In this document: in pieces, positions 34,001-37,606 of the stretch | Numbering within the stretch: the stretch's first letter is position 1 | Layout of the letters: the number at the start of each line of letters is the position of its first letter | From: Candidatus Magasanikiibacteriota bacterium | GTDB lineage: Bacteria > Patescibacteriota > Patescibacteriia > Magasanikbacterales > GWA2-37-8 | Direction of reading: 5' to 3' | Length of the DNA stretch: 37,606 nucleotides | Assembly: GCA_036172155.1 (NCBI GenBank) | Contig: JAVHSM010000043.1 | Coordinates: forward strand, 1 to 37,606 | Program-made: the position numbers and the translations under genes | The notes under the pieces: generated by a model | What the model saw: only the letters and a program-made list of their open reading frames with translations | Databases searched by the model: none | Told to the model about the DNA's origin: nothing

Positions 34001-36577
34001 ATGAAGATATTATTTTGGGTAACTGTCTTTTTTATCGGCAGTTTTTTTATTGGTGGAAAAATTTTGGCGGCGAATACGGATATTGTTATTAATGAAATTG
34101 GCGTTAACGGCAGTAAGACGCATGAGTGGGTGGAAATCTGGAATAAGGGAACCGAATACATCGATATTAAAAATTGGCGGTTTTGGACAACCAGCAATCA
34201 TATATTATATCCGGTTACATCTACCGACAGTATTATGGCGCCAAACGAATACGCTGTAATAAGCGAAGATAGTGATGTTTTTTTAAAAGATTTTCCTAAT
34301 TTTGTCGGATCACTTTTTGACTCATCTTGGAGTGACTTAAATGATAATGGTGCAGAGATTGGTTTGAGATACGATCCAAATAACTTTGTTGAACATTTTA
34401 CTTATGTTTCGACTACAAAAAATTCTTTGGAAAGAAGCAATCCTTTTTTAAACGATTATAGTTCTGTCAACTGGCAAGAGAATTCAACCGGCAATACGGC
34501 TGGCGCGCAAAATAGTAATTATTTTGATTTAATTACAAATACCGGTTCAGATACATCGACTGTTATCAGCACCAGTACGGATGTGATCAATACTAGTACA
34601 AACTTTTCTACCACTACGACAACAACTTCGACCGATGATAATGCGCAAAATACTGTCACTTATAATAGCGCCAGCAGTGCTTTTGATTGGTCGTTTATTA
34701 AATTGAATGAAATTGTTTCCGATCCGGAAGCGGGTAATGAAGAAGTGGAATTATTTAATACCGGATCCAGCACAGTAGATTTAAACGGTGGATCAATTTG
34801 TGATGCGACCGGTAATGATTGTAAAATTTTGGCGGGAGTGATTATGAGTCATGATTGGTTGGTGGCTGATTTATCGAGCGATCGGTATCTAAATAATGAT
34901 GGTGATTCGGTTTTTTTAAAAGATAGTTATAATAATATAGTTGATAGTGTAGTATACGGCACCGATAATTTGGTCGCACCAGACAAAGGGCAGTCGTTGA
35001 TCAGAAGAATTGACGGCGTGGATACCGATAGTGATATTGATTGGGCGATCACAACCAAAATTACCACTGATACCGTTAATGAATTATTTGCGCCGGTTAA
35101 AATTGTACATAACAATAGTGGTGGTTCAGGTGGAGGTTATTATAATCAGGTAACTAACGAAACAGCTTCCTCGTCTTCCAAAATCAGCACTAGTAGTAAA
35201 AGCATAAAAGTAGTTACAAAAAATACGCCAAGCGCGCCAAAAGACACGGTAAATATCAGTTGGAAACTAGATTGGCCATACGGATTGGATGTGAATGAAC
35301 TTGGTATTTTTAGCGCCAAAGGGACAGCTGACCCGCGCGGTGGTGAGGTATATTTTGTTTGGAATTTTGGCGACAACACTTCCGCCACCGGTCATTTATC
35401 GGGGCATAGCTATGCCACTTCCGGAATATATTTGGTTTCGGTAATAGCTTCGAGTTCGGCTGGTACACTGGGTAAAAAAGAATTTAAAATTTATGTTGGT
35501 AAAAGTTTTTCCGTTTCGCAAGCGCAAATAAAAATTAGTAACTGGCTTATTAACAATGTTGATGACACCCCGGAATATATCGAAATAAATAATAACTTAA
35601 GCCAACCACAAAATATTTCCGGTTGGAAAATAAAAAATAAAAGCGGTAAAGAATATGAATTACCGGACAATACTATTTTGGTGGCATCTGGCACTCTAAA
35701 ATTCTACAAAACTGTTCATCACTTAATTTTTGAAAAAGATGGTGATGAAATCAGGTTAACCACACCAAATAACCAAATAGTTGACAGCGTAAAATTATTA
35801 GCGGAAAAAAAGCCAAAAAAAGAAGTGAAAATAACATCAACTGGTAGTTCGACCGGCAATAAAGAAGCGTGGCTTGCTATGAAAGGCACAGTAACGGTTG
35901 AACCAAAAATTTTTGGGCAACAATTTTTTTATATTTCCGACGGTGAAAATAACGCACAAGTTTATCAATACAAAAAAGATTTTCCGGATTTAAAAATAGG
36001 TGACTATATTGCGGTGAGAGGGGTTGAATCGTTATATAATGGAGTAAAAAGAATAAAAATTAAAAGTAAAAATGATATTGATATTTTGTCCACGGATAAA
36101 ACAATCGAACCAACAGAAATAAAATTGGGAGATTTTAGTGAAGAAGCATTGGGGTCGTTGATAAAAGTGGAAGGAGATATCACAGAAATAAAAAGTAATT
36201 TATTTTATCTTGATGATGGAATTTCTGAAGCGGTGATTTATCTCAAAAAAGGCGCCAAAATTGATAAAAAAGAATTGAAGGAAGGCGACAAAATCACGGT
36301 GGTTGGAATTTTGGACAAAGCAAAAGATGGGTGGAGGATTATGCCACGCTCGCTCGATGATATCAAAGTGTTGGGATATGCCGACGAAGTTTTGAATAAA
36401 AAGATAGAAGGTGATAAAAATATACAGAGTGAGACAACAAAAAAGTATTTGGAGGTTACAGCTGGTGGAATTGGCTCTTTGTTGTTGGGTTTTATGGCTC
36501 GGGCGCGTGGAATGATGTTGGTTGGTGGCGCGAAGAAAATAGCCGGAGTGGTTGGTAATTTAATCAAAAGGGGTTGA
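34001..36577 (+). CDS. Large exported protein with lamin-tail domains, PKD domain, OB-folds and C-terminal anchor
   Basis: Signal peptide; three LTD-like units (IVINEI..EWVEIWN, LNEI..E.VELFN, EYIEI.N..ISGW); S/T-rich linkers; WNFGD...H.Y...G.Y.V (PKD); two OB-like units. Confidence 0.85.
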   Translation: MKILFWVTVFFIGSFFIGGKILAANTDIVINEIGVNGSKTHEWVEIWNKGTEYIDIKNWRFWTTSNHILYPVTSTDSIMAPNEYAVISEDSDVFLKDFPNFVGSLFDSSWSDLNDNGAEIGLRYDPNNFVEHFTYVSTTKNSLERSNPFLNDYSSVNWQENSTGNTAGAQNSNYFDLITNTGSDTSTVISTSTDVINTSTNFSTTTTTTSTDDNAQNTVTYNSASSAFDWSFIKLNEIVSDPEAGNEEVELFNTGSSTVDLNGGSICDATGNDCKILAGVIMSHDWLVADLSSDRYLNNDGDSVFLKDSYNNIVDSVVYGTDNLVAPDKGQSLIRRIDGVDTDSDIDWAITTKITTDTVNELFAPVKIVHNNSGGSGGGYYNQVTNETASSSSKISTSSKSIKVVTKNTPSAPKDTVNISWKLDWPYGLDVNELGIFSAKGTADPRGGEVYFVWNFGDNTSATGHLSGHSYATSGIYLVSVIASSSAGTLGKKEFKIYVGKSFSVSQAQIKISNWLINNVDDTPEYIEINNNLSQPQNISGWKIKNKSGKEYELPDNTILVASGTLKFYKTVHHLIFEKDGDEIRLTTPNNQIVDSVKLLAEKKPKKEVKITSTGSSTGNKEAWLAMKGTVTVEPKIFGQQFFYISDGENNAQVYQYKKDFPDLKIGDYIAVRGVESLYNGVKRIKIKSKNDIDILSTDKTIEPTEIKLGDFSEEALGSLIKVEGDITEIKSNLFYLDDGISEAVIYLKKGAKIDKKELKEGDKITVVGILDKAKDGWRIMPRSLDDIKVLGYADEVLNKKIEGDKNIQSETTKKYLEVTAGGIGSLLLGFMARARGMMLVGGAKKIAGVVGNLIKRG

Positions 36578-36612
36578 TTTTTACCGAGAGATATGATATT
36601 TTATCAATCACT

Positions 36613-36700
36613 GGAAGGGTAGCCAAGTGGTTTACGGCAACAGTCTTGAAAACTGTCGTGTCGAAAGGCACCGCGAGTTCGAATCCCGCCCCTTCCGCCA
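36613..36700 (+). tRNA. tRNA-Ser(TGA)
   Basis: GGAAGGG/CCCTTCC, ACAGT-CTTGAAA-ACTGT, long variable arm, TTCGAAT, GCCA end. Confidence 0.96.
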
Positions 36701-36712
36701 AGTTTTTCATCT

Positions 36713-37384
36713 ATGTCCAAACCGGTAAATATTGAACCAGAATGGGCAACTATGTTACAGGATTATTTTTCTTCCGAAAGTTTTCAACAACTGACGGATT
36801 TTGTGCGTGCTGAATATACTCAAAAATCTATTTATCCAAAACCACAAGATATTTTTAAAGCATTTTGGTTGACACCGTTTTCTGATGTTCAAATAGTTAT
36901 TTTAGGGCAAGATCCTTATCATGGAACAAATCAAGCACACGGCTTGAGTTTTTCTGTACCAGAAAACATAAAAGTTCCACCATCACTACAAAATATTTAT
37001 AAGGAGATACAAACCGATCTAGAAATAAAAAAAGATTTTACAATCGGAAATTTAGAACCATGGGCAAAACAAGGGGTTCTACTTTTGAATGCTATTTTGA
37101 CGGTGATAGCCAATAGTCCGGCTTCGCATCGGGAAAAAGGTTGGGAGGAATTCACCGATACGGTTATCAAAACCATTTCAGATAAGCGAGAAAATGTCGT
37201 TTTTATGCTTTGGGGAAATTTTGCCAGAAGCAAAAAAGTATTGATTGATAGTAGTAAACATTTAATTTTAGAAGCTCCGCACCCATCGCCATTTTCAGCC
37301 CACTCTGGTTTTTTGGGCTGTAAACATTTTTCTAAATGTAATGAATATCTGCGAAAGTATAACAAAAAAGCGATAGATTGGTAG
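36713..37384 (+). CDS. ung: Uracil-DNA glycosylase (family 1)
   Basis: GQDPYHG, AHGLSFS, PPSL.NI, GVLLLN, HPSPFS. Confidence 0.98.
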   Translation: MSKPVNIEPEWATMLQDYFSSESFQQLTDFVRAEYTQKSIYPKPQDIFKAFWLTPFSDVQIVILGQDPYHGTNQAHGLSFSVPENIKVPPSLQNIYKEIQTDLEIKKDFTIGNLEPWAKQGVLLLNAILTVIANSPASHREKGWEEFTDTVIKTISDKRENVVFMLWGNFARSKKVLIDSSKHLILEAPHPSPFSAHSGFLGCKHFSKCNEYLRKYNKKAIDW

Positions 37385-37430
37385 ACCGGATGGACAAAAC
37401 GATTCTTTTTTAGTACTATTCATCTGTTTT

Positions 37431-37521
37431 GGAGAGGTGGCTGAGTTGGTTTAAGGCACCGGTTTCGAAAACCGACGTGCTCGAAAGGGCACCGAGGGTT
37501 CAAATCCCTCCCTCTCCGCCA
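37431..37521 (+). tRNA. tRNA-Ser(CGA)
   Basis: GGAGAGG/CCTCTCC, CGGT-TTCGAAA-ACCG, long variable arm, TTCAAAT, GCCA end. Confidence 0.95.
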
Positions 37522-37606
37522 ATTTTCACTTTTTGTGAAATCGTAAGAAACAGCCTCGGCGCAAAGCGCCTCGGCATGGTATTTTTCCGCTATTTTGAAG
37601 GCATTT

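Noticed and set aside
34540-34680. Thr/Ser-rich low-complexity stretch
   Set aside because: Ordinary inter-domain linker without exact DNA tandem repeats.
36578-37430. Ser- or Cys-rich leader peptides before the other tRNA genes; island integrated between the two tRNA-Ser genes
   Set aside because: No cognate-codon ORFs or attenuators are visible upstream of them. The two tRNAs are complete, distinct isoacceptors, and there is no integrase or att duplication.
1-37606. CRISPR array, prophage, IS transposase, rRNA, or alternative genetic code
   Set aside because: No regularly spaced direct repeats or hallmark genes seen; conserved genes translate intact under code 11 with TGA as stop.
37545-37606. 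GCCTCGGC direct/palindromic motif at the right edge
   Set aside because: Possibly another repeat element, but truncated by the window and single-copy here.

Overview
Core-chromosome window spanning the replication origin of an AT-rich bacterium using genetic code 11. Gene content and SD-less, AT-rich starts suggest a Patescibacteria/CPR genome, probably Parcubacteria (inference). In order it holds: polA (5' part), tRNA-Cys, a LysM/M23 peptidase, a K+-independent H+-PPase, tig, nfo, DUF167, yidD-rnpA-rpmH / dnaA-oriC-dnaN, a class A PBP, a 3D-domain protein, dksA-like/lspA/comM, rpsL-rpsG-fusA (no tuf), a UvrD/PcrA helicase, an AbiE type IV toxin-antitoxin pair, tgt-rlmH-trpS, tRNA-Asn, a ribE-H-A-D cluster without ribB, a large secreted LTD/PKD/OB protein, and ung between two tRNA-Ser genes. 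The most notable signal is at 28900-29144. A sigma70-like promoter is followed by a leaderless 15-codon ORF with seven consecutive Asn codons, then mutually exclusive antiterminator/terminator hairpins, tRNA-Asn(GUU) and a terminator. This looks like a leader-peptide attenuator controlling a tRNA gene. Other signals are a stand-alone ~330-nt structured transcript next to duplicated palindromes and DnaA boxes, about 17 TGTCAT-tagged REP-like palindromes (two in-frame inside uvrD and tgt), long-hairpin repeat elements, and three GC-richer orphan units with their own promoter and SD. Coordinates outside the supplied ORF track were counted by hand.
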